64,000 nt of DNA from Lama guanicoe (GCA_013239625.1 MU053629.1:1515567-1579566); one strand, 5' to 3'; shown: positions 25,018 to 38,837, counted from the stretch's first letter. Numbers and translations are program-made. The notes: a model not told the origin generated them from the letters alone.

Positions 25018-25209
25018 CATGAAGAGGCCACTGTAACTCTTGGTCTTCTAAAAGAGCGGCAGCTGGCAGGAGTCTATTAAGGCAATCGAGAGGTGGCAAC
25101 AAGTCGAGGAGGTAACTCAATAAAGGCCGAGCCACTGACACTGGGAGTAACAGTAGGGAGTTAACAATCTGGCAGAGCATGCTGCCTGCAGCTGAGACGT
25201 ATATCACAT
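25018..25209 (-). CDS. HERC1: HERC1 exon 17
   Basis: DVIYVSAAGSMLCQIVNSLLLLP...EDQELQWPLH; G|GTAAGT donor; 192 nt. Confidence 0.96.
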
Positions 25210-26583
25210 CTGTGAAAGGTAAGAAATTTAACATGGATCAACTGTTTCAAATAAACTTTAAAAAAAACTAATAAATATTATTTTTGCCTATAACTGGAAT
25301 ACACTAATTCAATAACTCTTTGTTAAATTATTATATAACTCTCTGGTAGCTGGTACAGTGTCAGTATTTACTCACTTTCAGAAAGCGCCACCCACAGACA
25401 CTTTATGGGAAAGCACACATACCCTTGTGCCAACAAATTCAAAGGATTATAGCTACTTCCCTTAAAATGTATTATGAATTTCTCATTCACAAATTTATTC
25501 TCACTTTCCAATTTACTAAAGAAATATTTATTGAAGACCTACAACATACCAGGCACTGTTAGGGGAAAAGGATACAGCTGTGAACAAAGAGCTAAAAATT
25601 CCTGCCCTCATGGTGTTTATGTTCTAATGAGGAAAGTCTTTTATGCTTTTTAAATCAGGTTTTCTTCTTTTAAAATTAAAATCACCTCAAAGCATCTGTC
25701 TTTTTATTATATGTATTGGTTTAAAATCAATTCAGTTTCAATATTTCATTGTATTTGGGGGCTGGGAGGACCACTCAGAGATGAGCTCAATCCAAACACA
25801 TTAAATTTTAGGTGCCTGTGGAACAACAACAGAAATGTCTAGTAAGCAATGGTTTTAACTTCTCAGTTTGTTTATTTCTTTTTTTTAGTGGGGAAACCTC
25901 AGAAATAAGTTGGCTTTGAACAGACTTACTGAATTTTAGTTATCTCTGGGACAATCATGAAAAGACACCTAGTAGGTAACTAGAGAAAGGCTCTAGTGAA
26001 ATTCTCAGCTAGATGCATATATAGGAGTCAAATACATATGGTGGTTGAACACAAGGGGACCAAATAAGATCATTTGGGAAGAAAACAGGGTTGAGGGCAA
26101 AATTCAGAAGATCTTAAACATTAAACAGCATGTCCAAGAAAGAGGAGCTTAACATGAACTAACAGAGAAAGAGTGGTCAGAGAACTACGTGTAAATATAG
26201 GATTGTGACTACATACATAAAAGCCCAGAAAAAAGAAAGCATTTCAAGAAGGGAAGAGGAACACTGGTAAATGCTAAAGAAAGACAAAGAAACAGCAGAC
26301 AAAAATCTCATTTTATGCCATTTAATATTAATCTTTTTGAGTATGTATCATCCAATTTCTTTAAAATTATACCTGTCATGCCAATTAGCCTCCTTCATGA
26401 TGAATTAAATCAAACGCTATTACCCTTACCCCCAAAGCAAGATTAAAGGGATCTTCAGTATGAAGGAGAGTCAAGGTCATTCCTATGCCACTCAGAGGTT
26501 TCAGCCTCTCTTAAGGCTTTGGAAAGGTTAAGAATTCGGCTTTACAACCACTGATTAAATATGAAACCCAGCACCAAACATAC

Positions 26584-26716
26584 CTCTTAATTTTTCTCCA
26601 ACGCTGCCATTCCAAGGACTTTCTTTGAGCAAATTTGCGGAGCGTGAATAAATGTCTGTGGCATGAGGCAACAAGAGCTGAAGATGTTTATGAAGCAATG
26701 CCACACTGCTTGAGTT
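26584..26716 (-). CDS. HERC1: HERC1 exon 16
   Basis: NSSSVALLHKHLQLLLPHATDIYSRSANLLKESPWNGSVGEKLR; 133 nt; follows a 127-nt intron. Confidence 0.95.
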
Positions 26717-26843
26717 CTGAGGGGAAAATGTCCTAAATTATTACTTTGGAAGATTCAAGGTATAAAAATATCATAGCTTCCCCAAATATCTGAGTTTCAA
26801 GGTCCCTGAGAGTTCACCATGAAAGGCTAAGATTAACACACAC

Positions 26844-26996
26844 CTCACTAATGTTATTGATATGGCAAAATGCCAGCAGCTGTTTCTGCAGTGAACACAG
26901 CAGTTCATGAAGATGAGCAGGCTGACTGTTCTCCGAAGATGATGTTCCAAGTAGGAATTTATCACTGTTCTTTTCTAGCTCCCCAAATGCTTGATC
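26844..26996 (-). CDS. HERC1: HERC1 exon 15
   Basis: DQAFGELEKNSDKFLLGTSSSENSQPAHLHELLCSLQKQLLAFCHINNISE; weak donor GAG|GTGTGT; 153 nt. Confidence 0.95.
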
Positions 26997-27670
26997 CTAA
27001 AATGATACATAAATGAAGATTATGTTTGAAGTGTTTGGAAGTGAAATTAATGTCCTACCATAAACGATTCTGATTTAAGAAGCCATTGTCTCCTTTCTCT
27101 TGTTATTAATCTTTAAATCTTTGCTATGTTGTTATCAGTTATAAGATGGTGAGATTTAGCAAGTAATTTCAATCTATTTTCCCATTAAAAATAATAATGT
27201 TTCACCACAAAAGTTTTAAAAATGCAGAAAAGAAAAAGGAAAACAATGCAATATCCAAAGACAACACATTTCAACATTTTAATGCTATTACTTTCCAGAC
27301 CTCCTATGTAAAGGTTTTGTTTTCATCTATTTGAATTTCTAAGAACATAATTCTTAGAAATTATATTTGTTTCTGATTATAAAAGAAATAAGTGATCTAA
27401 GGAGACATGACAATTAAATACACTGTATGATCTCAGATTTGGGGGACAGGGAGAAGGCACCATTAAGGACATTATTGGGACAACCGCAGAAATTTGAGTA
27501 TAGAGTATATATTATACAATAGTTCTGTATCAAAGTTAAATTCCCTGAAGTAAGAACTGTTGTGCTATTATGTAAGAGATTGTCCTTCATCCTATGAAAT
27601 ACATGCTTAAGTGCTTAGGAATAGCCAGCATGACACCTGCAATTTACTCTCAAATGATTTAGAATAAAAG

Positions 27671-27725
27671 ATGGATGGATAGACGGATGGATGGATGGAT
27701 AGATAGATAGATAGATAGATAGATA
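27671..27725. repeat. Compound (GGAT)n(AGAT)n microsatellite within an old L1M 3' end
   Basis: atggatggatagacggatggatggatggatagatagatagatagatagatagata. Confidence 0.9.
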
Positions 27726-27869
27726 AAGCAAATGTGGCTGAAGGGTACAGGGGAGTTCTTTGAATGATTCTTGCAATATTTATGTAAGTTTCAAGTTATT
27801 TCAAGTAAAAACAAATTTTTTTTAAAGAAATAGTGTAAAAAATTTAGAAAATTCCAAAACTGTATCAGT

Positions 27870-28015
27870 CACTGTGGAAAACAGTATGGAGATTCCTCAA
27901 AAGACGAAGAATAGACTTACCATATGACCCAGTAATCCCGCTTCTGGGTATATATCCAGAAGGAACCCTACTTCAAAAAGACACCTGCACCTCAGTGTTC
28001 ATAGCAGCACTATTT
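27870..28015 (+). mobile_element. Isolated ~145-bp internal fragment of a young L1 ORF2
   Basis: About 9 mismatches against 15217-15362; no poly(A) tail. Confidence 0.88.
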
Positions 28016-28410
28016 TAAAAAGCTTAAGTCACCATTTAGCCAACAACTGTATTTAATGTTTTTTGTGTATTTCTTTGCTGATTTTTGTGATTTTTTTCAA
28101 TTTTTTCATAATACTGCATATTCCATTTTTAGTCTTCTGTTTTCTAACAGATTCACAAATATTTTGTTTTCATAAACCACATGCATATAAACTTTAAGAC
28201 ATAATATTCCATTGAGCATATATATCATAATTTATTTAACCATTTCCCTATTTTTAGATATTTCAGTTGTTTCCAACTTCTACTTCTTATAAATAATGAT
28301 GTGAACATCTTTATGCATACAGTCTTTGTTTCTAACATGCAACAGAGAGTCTCAGAACATTTTAAGGCCCTTGCTATACAAACGCCATTATTAAGTGGCC
28401 AAATAAGCAC

Positions 28411-28730
28411 TGCTAGAGAATGAATGTTTTGTGTCCCTTCAAAATTCTCATGTTGAACCTAATCCCCAATCCGGTAGTACCTGGAGATGGGGCCTCTGGG
28501 AGGTGATTAAGTCATGAGGGCCCTTGTGAATGGGATTAGCGACCTTATAGAAGAACCCAGAGAACTCTCCTGTGTGAAGACACAGCAAGACAGCTGCTTA
28601 TGAACCAAGAAGCAGACATCACCAAATCTGCTGGCTCCCTGCCTCCGTAACTGTGAGAAATAAATGTGTGTTGTTGATAAGCCACTCAGTGTATGATATT
28701 CTATTATAGCAGCCCAAACAGACTAAGATA
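28411..28730 (+). mobile_element. MLT1A-type MaLR solo LTR
   Basis: tgctagagaatgaatgttttgtgtcccttcaaaattc...gcagcccaaacagactaagata; 5-bp target duplication AGCAC on both sides; AATAAA near 28659. Confidence 0.88.
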
Positions 28731-30006
28731 AGCACCATTATTTTAAAATCTCTGAACATGACAAATTTGGTATGAATTATATCAGAAAGAAACAATAATT
28801 TATAATTTTTAGCCCAAAAGCAGTTAGTGTTTTACTTCCATTTCCATATAATATACTCATCTACCTCAGACCTAATAGCAGAAGAAAGGTGTTCCTTTAA
28901 CACAGCACTACTTTAATACAACCTTGGAAAAATATTTCAGCCAATAACAAATGGATATATCATAACCTTGTTCCCATTCCATTCGCAGCCAAACATCCAA
29001 TAAAATTTACATTCTTAAACCTGAAAGAAAATAAATCTATAGGAACCACTGTCACTCTGACTTAGTCAACAATCTTTTAAGTTGGGCAGAACAGAACACT
29101 AAGACTTGTACAGAAGAAAAGGAATATACAGACCTAACCCTGAAGAGGCACAGGAGATAATACGAAGTGATACACAAATAATAGAAAGTTAAGTCGCACA
29201 GTAAACTCTGACTCTAAAAATTGCTGAGAGGTCTGCAGTTATAACTACATAGTTAGAAAAGGTTATTTGGGCAAGACTTCCTAGAACAATCAAGTCTTAA
29301 GGCAGCCACAGGTTGGTACACAGGAAGAGAGAGCAGGAGATGGGTATGTCATGCATGAGCTCAGGTGAGTGTGGTGTGAAAGCCAAATGATGAAGCATCT
29401 GAAGAAGTTTTAATTTAATAAAAGAAGGTCATTTAACACACGGTTATTCTAGCAGTAAGATGATGAGAAGACACCAGAAACTGTGACAACAGCTACAATG
29501 TTGCTGTTAACATTTGTTCATGATGGCACGGATTAGAACCCACAGAAACGGTAAGAAAAAAAGAGATGGATCTAACAAATACCAAAGTAAGAATTAATGG
29601 CACCCTAAGACAGAAAGCTTCTCTCCTATTAATCAGCCTATTTTTGGTCAGTACCAACCACATTCTTCAATTATAAAATTATATCTAGTAAGGTTAATCC
29701 TTTCCTCATTATTCTTCTCTTGCAAAATGTCTGTTTATTCTTGTACAGTAACATCAGAAAATTTGGGTAGAATTCCAAAATAAATCTCTTTGGAATTCTC
29801 AATTATAAGTCATTTGGCATCCACAATATTTCAGAAGGTCTGACATGTTTTCCCCCTTTGAATGAGGGAAGTCTAGAGTTTTATTTATTTCATAAGTGTT
29901 GAAATGTCAAAATACTTTGACCTGAAGTGAGACCCACCTCCTTAAAAAAAAAAAGCCCAAGCTTTATTCTTTTTACTACAAAAAAAAAAAAAAAAGAGCA
30001 ACTTAC

Positions 30007-30228
30007 TGTATAAAATCCTAAATTTCTTAAGAGAGTCTTCATCAAAATTTCAGCCAGATGGGTGTCTGGATGACAGCTCTGAGTGCCGTAAGGTTGATCT
30101 GACAGGCTTCCATAACCAGTACATACAGAAGAGAGGTCAGCAGCATCAGAGGGTGAGCTATAGCCAAGTAAGGAGGCTACATGGGTATGATCTTGCAAAC
30201 TTGTCAGAATAATATCCAGCTGCATTCT
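30007..30228 (-). CDS. HERC1: HERC1 exon 14
   Basis: RMQLDIILTSLQDHTHVASLLGY...KTLLRNLGFYT; ACA|GTAAGT donor; 222 nt. Confidence 0.96.
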
Positions 30229-31193
30229 CTAAAGAAAAATATTTCCATTGATGAAATAGGAACAAACAATAATTAGCATTTGCACTAGAAAAGTAAAAAT
30301 AAGGATCCCAGAAAAAAAAAAACTATACTAATGATGCTAACTAATTCACTTAATATTCTCATAAATAATAATCTTTTAGGAAGTGTGTAATTTTTTAAAA
30401 AGCTATCCAACCAATACCATTTGGGAAAATGCAACTTACAATGTTTTATTCCATCCGTGAATACCTGAAACTCTAAGCTAAAATGGCACAATCTGCACAA
30501 TGATTTTAGCACTATAAGTAAAGAGGAGTAGAAAATGTCATCAGATAAATTATATTATACATTCTTCAACAGAATTACCAATGAAACCATTTATTCACAT
30601 ATTTAAAATAAATCACTTGAAATCTAAACTAATTCATAATACTTGCTGGAAGGCATCTGTGGATATTATATTTATTGCCAGTAAGTACCACTTTTCCCCT
30701 CAAATACGTAACTCTACAATTGACTGTTCTACTTGGTTGAGCAAAATGTACTTATTTTAATATACATAAGATATCAAAAATAGAAATAATAAGCATATTC
30801 ATATCATCAACTACTTTTTCATTACAGTCATCTTTTACTTTTTATATAAACTATTTCAAAGTTCTGGGCATGGAAACCAACAGTAGCTCATGCCCTTGAT
30901 TTCAACTTAGCACATCTCAAATAAACTAAAAGGTCTCTGGTTTGACAGTGAAAACAACACTAGAAAAATCAGACATAATTCTAATAACTAGCCCCAAATC
31001 ACTTAATAAATTATCACTTGCTTCGCTTTCATTAGAAATCTGGGAACTCTTCCAGTAGAAAACATTAAATACTAGGATTTACCAGACTTACCAAGTTAAG
31101 TATTATTTCATAAATCAATTAGCTTTATTTCCCTCTCAGTCTATTTTTTTTTGTAATATTACTAGTTTTCTTAGATATTATGCAAAGGCTCAC

Positions 31194-31319
31194 CTGTCCT
31201 TTAGATAAGCTTTCCCATCTATCAGGTCCTTGGGGTAAAAGAGAATGAAGTAATTCCATACGTTCACGTAATGGAGGTAATAGCATGGTTGCTCCCACTG
31301 ACAGAGTTTCAATTACCAC
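31194..31319 (-). CDS. HERC1: HERC1 exon 13
   Basis: VVIETLSVGATMLLPPLRERMELLHSLLPQGPDRWESLSKGQ; CAG|GTGAGC donor; 126 nt. Confidence 0.96.
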
Positions 31320-33504
31320 CTAATATAAAAAAGGAAAAGTAGATTTATTTGGTTTGGTTCTTATTTTTAATAAAACACATGAAAAATAAACCCACTGACT
31401 ATTAAGATAGAAGTCTAAAAAAGGTGGATCAGAAATCTAAAGAAGGAGGCATGACAGAGAGTAGAAGGAGACTAGAAGAAAGCATAATGAGTCCTTCTTT
31501 AGACGTCTTTAAGAAAACTAGAATACGTATTTTGGATTTGCCACTAAATAGCTAACCACCACACAAGAAGTATTTGATGTTAAGTCTACAGTGCTGAGCC
31601 TGGTAAAGCTCTCTGCAAAGTGCTATGATGTAGACGTGAACAAGACAGATAAAAGCCCTGCTTTCAAGAGCATGTAGTCTAGTGAAAAAAAGAGACCCTG
31701 AGCAAATAATTTTAAGTGTGAAAGGAGTCACACAAGGAAAGTAAAAGAAATTGCAAACTTGAGTGAGCATTCATACATAAAGGCAATTAATACGGCCTAT
31801 GGACTCATGGAAGGCCTCCTAAATTAGGCATTTAGGTTAGGAATTGAAAAATGAGTAGGCCTTAGCCAAACAAAGGTCCAAGTAACATGAACAACATAAA
31901 GAATAGCTATTTTATCTTGTGCATCACAATGTCTCTGGGTTATAGCTTCTTTATCAATAAAATGAGGGTTGAACTACAAAAAAAGAAATGCACAATGATT
32001 AAGAGCTCTTATAAATTTTTAAAAATATGATATAAAAAATAAAAAACTTCAACAGAAGTGTTAAAATATAAAAATTAAATTTCTTATAAAGTAGAGGGGG
32101 CAAAAGATGGAAAATAGGAAAGAAAATACAAGAAAATTAAGAGGATAGTCCAGGAGGTTTATTATCCCAATAACGAGTTTCAGAGAGAGAGAGAAAACAA
32201 TGAAGAGGAAATCAACAGTATACCTCAAGATAGTTTCTTAACACTGAGGTTATGAGTTTCCAGATTGAGTCTACCCAATTATATACAACAATGGATAAAA
32301 TCAGACCCACATCAGTTCACATTATTTTGAAGTATGAGAACAGAGAGGACAAGCAGAACTTGCCATAGAATCCAGAAAGAAAAACAGATTTCCATAAAAG
32401 GATCAAAAATTTGAATAGCATGGATTTTCTGAGTAACGACCTAAAAGCTAGAAGGTGACTTCACAATTCTTATTTGAAAATGATTTCCAATTTAGAATAC
32501 TATGCCTCAACTATTCATGAAGATATTCAATTTGTAAACTATTTAAGTGTGAGTATAGTCTCAAAGAATGTATTTTCTATCTGTCCTCTCTCAGAAGCTA
32601 CTGATGGATGGTGCCAGCAAGCACCACCTTAACCACGTGATCAAGGTCAAAATCTCCAGTAATAAGACACATCAATATCATGAACTCCGTGATGTGATGA
32701 ACTGAGGACACATCATTTCTGTGGTATTCTTGCCTAAAGTGCATAACCTCAGTCCAATCATGAAAAAAGTAACAGACAGATATTCAAAAAATAATCAACC
32801 AGTATGCATAAAACGTCCAAGTCATGAAAGAAAAGTAAGAATGAGCAACTGTTTACACTGTGCAGGAGACCAGGAAGAAATAACAACTAAATGCAATATG
32901 GTATTCTGAGTAGGATTCTGCAAAAGAACAAGGACATTAGTGGAAAACTGATTAACTTTCTAATAAGATGTTTAATTAATAATGTTAAACCAATGTTGAT
33001 TTCTTAGCTTTGATAATTATACTGTAGTTATATAAGACATTAGCATTAAGGGAAACTGGCTGAGAGAAACATGAAAACTCTTACTATTCATGCAATGATT
33101 TTCCTTAAGTCTACAATTAGTTCCCATAAAGCATCAAAAAAGAAAGAAACAAAAAACAGCAGCAGCACTGATTCTGGCAAATAGATACATTTCTGGAAAG
33201 TTCAGGGGTAAGGAAAGAGGAACAGAAACAACCCTGAACACATCCTGGGAGAATCCACCTCCTAAGGACCCTCCTAAGGAGTAGCTAGCTACCAAGGAGG
33301 CTCAAGGAATAAATACCTAACAACTCTAAAAATAACTTAAGTTTACTTTCCTTCTTTTCCTCCAATACTTTTCAAGCTTTTAAAAATATTCCTGTTCCTG
33401 ATAATATTTAATCCTCAAAGTTCCCACTCACCACCAAGTTAATATTCCTTCTGTCTGCATCCCAGGGACATGTCCTTCTAGTTGAAAAATCAGTTATCTT
33501 TTGT

Positions 33505-34550
33505 GCTTTTAAAAAACTGACATATAATTCATACGTCATAAAATTCACCTTTTTTTCTCACCCCCCCTCCAAAATTCACCTTTTGAAAGTATAGAATTCA
33601 GTGGTTTTTGGTGTATTCCCAGAGTTCTGCACCATCACCGCTATCTAATTTTAGGACATTTGCATCACCACCCAAAAAACCTGTGCCCATTAGCAGCCAC
33701 TCTCCACCTTATCCTCCCCCAAAACCCCTGACAACAAATTAATCTACTTTCTGTTCCCATGGATTTGCCTACTCTGCACATTTCATAAATGTAGAATCAT
33801 GTAGTGTGTGGCCTTTTGTGTCTGGCTTTTTTCACTTAGCATAATGTATACAAGGTTCACTCATATTGTAGTTATGTATCAGCACTTAATTCTCTTTTAT
33901 GGCTGAATAATATTATATTGTATGGACATACCACATTTTGTTCATCCATTCATCAGTTGACAAACATTTGTTTGTTTCCACTTTTTGGCTACTGTGAATA
34001 ATACTGTCATGAACATTCACATACAAATTTTTGTGTGGACACATGTTATATATTGTCTTAGGTATAGACCTAGGTGTAGAATCGCTGTTATGTGGTAACT
34101 CTGTGTTTGACTATTTACAGAACTACCTATTTTCTAAAGTGACTGCACCACTTTACATTCCCATTAGCAATGTATAAAGGGTTCCAATTTCTCTACATCC
34201 TCACCAATGCTTGTTATTGTCAGTTTTTTTGATTATAGCCATTTAGTGGGTGTGAAGCAACATCTTACTGTAGCTTTAATTTGCATTTCCCTAATGACTA
34301 ATGATGTTGAACATTTTTTCTTGCTTACTAGCCTTATGTATATCTTCTTTGGTGACGTGTCTACTCAGATTTTTTGCTCATTTTCTGATTGAGTTATTCA
34401 TCTTTTTTATTGTTGCGTTGTAAGGATACTTTATTCTGGAAACTAGAATCTTAACAGACATATGATTTATAAATTATCTCTTTTTTCTTTAGTTGCTTAT
34501 CTTTGGGTGTCATATCTAAGAAACCACTGCCTAATCCAAGGTCATAAAGA
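33505..34550 (-). mobile_element. L1MB-type 3' fragment
   Basis: Reverse-strand L1 3' UTR/ORF2 end (tttcacttagcataatg, ccacttttggctactgtgaataa, ttgcatttccctaatgactaatgatgttgaaca). Confidence 0.85.
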
Positions 34551-34984
34551 TGATGGATGAGCAAAAAATATGATACATACATATAGCAGAAAATTAACCA
34601 GCCTTAAAAAGGAAGAAAATTCTGACATACGCTACATAACATGGATGAACCATGACATTATGCTAAGTAAAATAAGCTAGTCATAAAAAAGACAAATTGT
34701 GTATGATTCCACTTTTACGACATACTTAGAATGTCAAAATCAGAGAGAGAAAGTAGAATGGTAGTCACTAGGGGCAGAAGGGAGGGGAGAATGAGGAGTT
34801 ACTGTTTAATGAGTACAGAATTTTAATTTTGTAAGATGAAAAGAGTTATGGAGGTGCATGGTGGCAACGGTTGCACATTACGAATATATTTAATACCACT
34901 GAACTGTATACTTAAAAATGGTTAGGATGGCAAATTTTATGTTATGTGCATTTTACCACAATAAAAAATAAAATAAAAATAAAA
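34551..34984 (+). mobile_element. L1MB-type 3' end
   Basis: catggatgaac...ccactgaactgtatacttaaaaatggtta...ttttaccacaataaaaaataaaataaaaat tail. Confidence 0.85.
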
Positions 34985-35314
34985 CTGGATCTTTGTCCTC
35001 AGGAATTCATCTTTTGGTGGAAAAGACAGGCATATCTGTAAAAAGACAACTACAAAACAATGTGATGTGATGAGAACATACATAAGAGAAACCTAACCTG
35101 GCAGGAGAGCGGGGTGTGAGAGGTATCCCAGAGGTGACATCTGACCTTTGTCTTAAAGGACAAGTTCACTAAAAAATTTACTCCCACCAAGAAGAGAAGA
35201 GTAACAGAAAGAGCATCCAATTGGAAGTTTTGCAATACATAGCTGAATTTAAGAGCTACAACCTCAGAAAAAGATACGGCTGGAGATACAGATTCACAAG
35301 TCCTATATTCTTAC

Positions 35315-35480
35315 CTCTTGGATTTCATCTGGGACAGTTGAGTCCATCAGTCTGAAGAGCAAGTTTCGAAGAGGACCTGCCTGTCTCCCAAGAATGCTGG
35401 TAGCTACCCCTCCCGCAAGTGCAAGAGCAAGGTGATTTGAAAGCAGCTTCAGGCACAGCTTGAGGAAGTTGTGGTGTTCC
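35315..35480 (-). CDS. HERC1: HERC1 exon 12
   Basis: REHHNFLKLCLKLLSNHLALALAGG...STVPDEIQE; GAG|GTAAGA donor; 166 nt. Confidence 0.96.
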
Positions 35481-35808
35481 CTGAAACCAAATAAACTGCG
35501 ATGAACTTCTGGAACTCTGAAAGAGCATGTGTTATCCAGTTTGGGTAACATTTTTTTCTCTTAAAAAATTTTGTCAAATTATGACCAATAATAATTTTAA
35601 AAACATGATTCATGAAATCATGGATAATTTTTCATAAAGGTTATTATCAATAAGTACCTAATTAAGCTCTTTTTTAAGTTATAAAGAAGTTTCATATAAT
35701 TGAGGGAGAAGTTGAACAAGAAAGAGTAAGTCAAAATTCAAAATGAGGAATTAATAGATGTATATGCACGTGTGCACATACACACAAATCTACATATATG
35801 TTACATAC

Positions 35809-35943
35809 CTTGATGAAGGGAAAGGAAGTGGGGGAATTTCACTGTTTATTTTATCACAGTATCTTTCAAGAAAAGAACGAAGGTGTGAGAAGGTACTCTC
35901 TTCAAGATCTACACAATAAGGTCGGTGCCAGGCAACAACTTGT
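35809..35943 (-). CDS. HERC1: HERC1 exon 11
   Basis: RQVVAWHRPYCVDLEESTFSHLRSFLERYCDKINSEIPPLPFPSS; AG|GTATGT donor; 135 nt. Confidence 0.96.
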
Positions 35944-37140
35944 CTAGAAAGATGCATAAGAAAATCATGAAAAACCCATAACATGAAATTTTCACACACA
36001 ATCAAACACAAAAATTAAGCCAGGACTAAAGTTGAAAGATGTCAACAAGTTACACAGAAGACCTTTTTGATGATAAAGGTGATTAAATCCTTCCTTTTAG
36101 CAACTGAGGAAAACCAAGAATTTGCCAGCCCTAGAATTCTTCAAAAAGAAAACATATATCACTACCTATTTTGGAGGGTTTGGATATTCACTCACCTGAA
36201 GGCAGAGGGCTGAGCCATATGATCTATTCTAGCCTCCTCTGATTCTTAGGGTCTGTAAGGTGTGCATAGTTCATTTTAAGAAAAATAGCCTGACTCTGTA
36301 AAGTGATACGCTGGAATCTACTAAAAGAAAACTTCTTGAAAACTTTCGTGAAAATTTTCAAGATCTTGGGAACCAAGTTTCTACATAAAAGGTGGGAAGT
36401 TGCAGATTTAATACTAATAGCAAATTATTTATAATTCAATTTATTATATTTTCAGCTTTTGTTTTGGAGGATAATTATCCACAAATGTCTTAAGTTGGTT
36501 AGAATATCAGAATAAACCCCATCTGAATCAGGTTTAGAATACAAATATAATATATTCTAAGTTATTAACTAGCCCACAAGCATCTGAAATACCTGAAATA
36601 ACACACAAATCCCTTAAAATTCAATCTCCTAATATTGGCTAAAAATTACCTGATTACCTAAGAAAGATATAGTTATCACTTTAGGAAAAAGCTAGTATCT
36701 GCAAAGAGAAACTTCCTTTATTTAAATGTTAGCCACTGCTTTTTTCCTCCAAAAACCAACCAGATAAAGGGCATGGAAGCTAACTATTAAAAATAATAAA
36801 GCCGAGTTCTGATTCTGATTATTTTAATTTAACTTCCTCCTGATATGCAGACACTTCATTTTTAAGGTCAGTATCTGGAGACAGAGAAGGAATTCAAAAT
36901 GTTTAGAAGACACTTAAATTAAGACACTGTCTTAAATATAAGGTATAACTTCTTAGTTATGAAACATATCTAACCTCAACAATCAAATTGAAAGAAATCT
37001 AGATGTCACGTCTACTGAAGTTAAAAAACCAATACTAGAAATATTCAGAAGGGTATTTTATGAACAAAGTGCAATTATTTCTGCTTTTATTGGTGTTTCT
37101 GCTGTTAATAAAACACAACGCATTTTAAACCTGGCCCTAC

Positions 37141-37312
37141 CTGTCCCTAGGAAGAGCAGTCCATGCCAGACTGTGTGATGTTCCGGCGGAGATCTGTTGA
37201 ATAGCTATGCCATCTAAGCCACTCACTTTCTTTGGTTTAGTAATAGGACCTGTGGAATTTCCTTGGCCACACTGCCCCATTGAGTTATTGCCCCAGGCAT
37301 AAACTTCATTAT
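37141..37312 (-). CDS. HERC1: HERC1 exon 10 (end of RCC1-like domain 1)
   Basis: DNEVYAWGNNSMGQCGQGNSTG...ISAGTSHSLAWTALPRD; 172 nt; follows a 103-nt intron. Confidence 0.97.
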
Positions 37313-37415
37313 CTAAAAACAAAACACAAAGAAAAAAAGAAAAGCCAAATTTAAATGTAAAATATTTATGAAAAGTAATAGTTAATACTATTTCTTTAAA
37401 AACAAATGACCTTAC

Positions 37416-37560
37416 CATGAGAAAGAGCCAAACAATGACTGTCTCCAATAGAAATGTCAACTATTCTTGTGGCAGCCAGTTCTTCAATAAGCTTAGGTCT
37501 CAGCGCAGTAGCCTCCGAGGAACCACAACCCAGACAAGCTCCACAACCCCAAGCATAGAC
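37416..37560 (-). CDS. HERC1: HERC1 exon 9 (RCC1 repeats)
   Basis: VYAWGCGACLGCGSSEATALRPKLIEELAATRIVDISIGDSHCLALSH; tttcAG| acceptor, G|GTAAGG donor; 145 nt. Confidence 0.97.
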
Positions 37561-38709
37561 CTGAAACAAGCAGAACAACCACAAATATCCTGAGGTAGCA
37601 GGTTAACAACTTGGGTTAAACAAGAGTGTGGTTAGATACTAAAGTTATAGAAACTTTTAATTCAAATAACTATATGATCATTTATATATGATCACTGAAA
37701 GCAGACATGTTACCCCTCTTATAAAAAAGCAGCACATAGTGTTCAAGGAAGGTCTGTGAGTTGCCTGTGGCTATAGATCAAATAAGTGAGCATCTTTTGG
37801 CTTCAATTCATGGATCTCACCACAAAATTCACAGTGAGAAAGATGTAAAAGGGAAGTTTTAAATTTTAAGACAGCAGCCAGCATTGTAACAAATGACTGA
37901 TGTAATTATACAAAATGATGAGTAGCTTTGAGTTAGACTTTTTTTTAAGGACAAAGCATTCCAGTATTTCACAAATAATTAAATTATATGCTAATTTTGG
38001 CTTTGCCGCTCATCTGCCATCTCAATGTCAGAAACATCTAAGTACCACTGCCTGGCACATAATAGCTGTCTACATGTGAGAATGAGTGGTCAGCTCACTT
38101 TTTCACTTTCATCACTGATGGATGTAAGAAGGAAAATTATTGTTAGTCTATCACCATATCAGAACTCTCTCCTTCACCAACTAACAAATAGAAGGAAGTC
38201 AAAATACGTACGTAAAAAATCAAAAGTTTATAAAAGGGATTATACAATTCTGACTGTCCCGGGCCTGGGTAACTCTTGCTCAGAAACACCTAACCCCCTC
38301 AGATTATTTTCCATCTGGAAAAGTTCTCCTTATCCTTTCTTTTGATCATCTTCTTGTCTCTTTAGTTCATATCACTGGTTCCAACAAGCTCTGGTCTCAT
38401 TTTCCCCCACTATTCATGATTTTTAGGAAAGGGTTTAAGGGGTGCTTAGTGCTAAAAGCTTTTTAAAAACCATCTTAACTCAAAGAACATGGGGCTAAAG
38501 GCAAGTTTATCTGGCTCACACAGGCCAAGTCAGGAAACCTATTTCCTTCTCAGATACTCTACTTCTTCAAACAGGAGAAACTATTTCATTTCAGTAAATC
38601 AACTTTAAAATGTATTTTTTTAACTTTAAATTTTAAATATGATTATTACTTCTTAGTCACCTGGTCCTCTGAAATACTCTAAGCCTTTATATTCATCCCT
38701 CAGTCCTAC

Positions 38710-38837
38710 CTGCCCCGTTGATGTCAAAGCAAGTGATGACTGACTTCCAGCACAAACTTTGCGAATGAACATTCCTTGTAAAGCTTCAATAACTTTAGGT
38801 TTATACACTCTGTTGGTATCACCATGGCCAAGTTTGC
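38710..38837 (-). CDS. HERC1: HERC1 exon 8 (RCC1 repeats)
   Basis: GKLGHGDTNRVYKPKVIEALQGMFIRKVCAGSQSSLALTSTGQ; CAG|GTAGGA donor; 128 nt. Confidence 0.97.
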
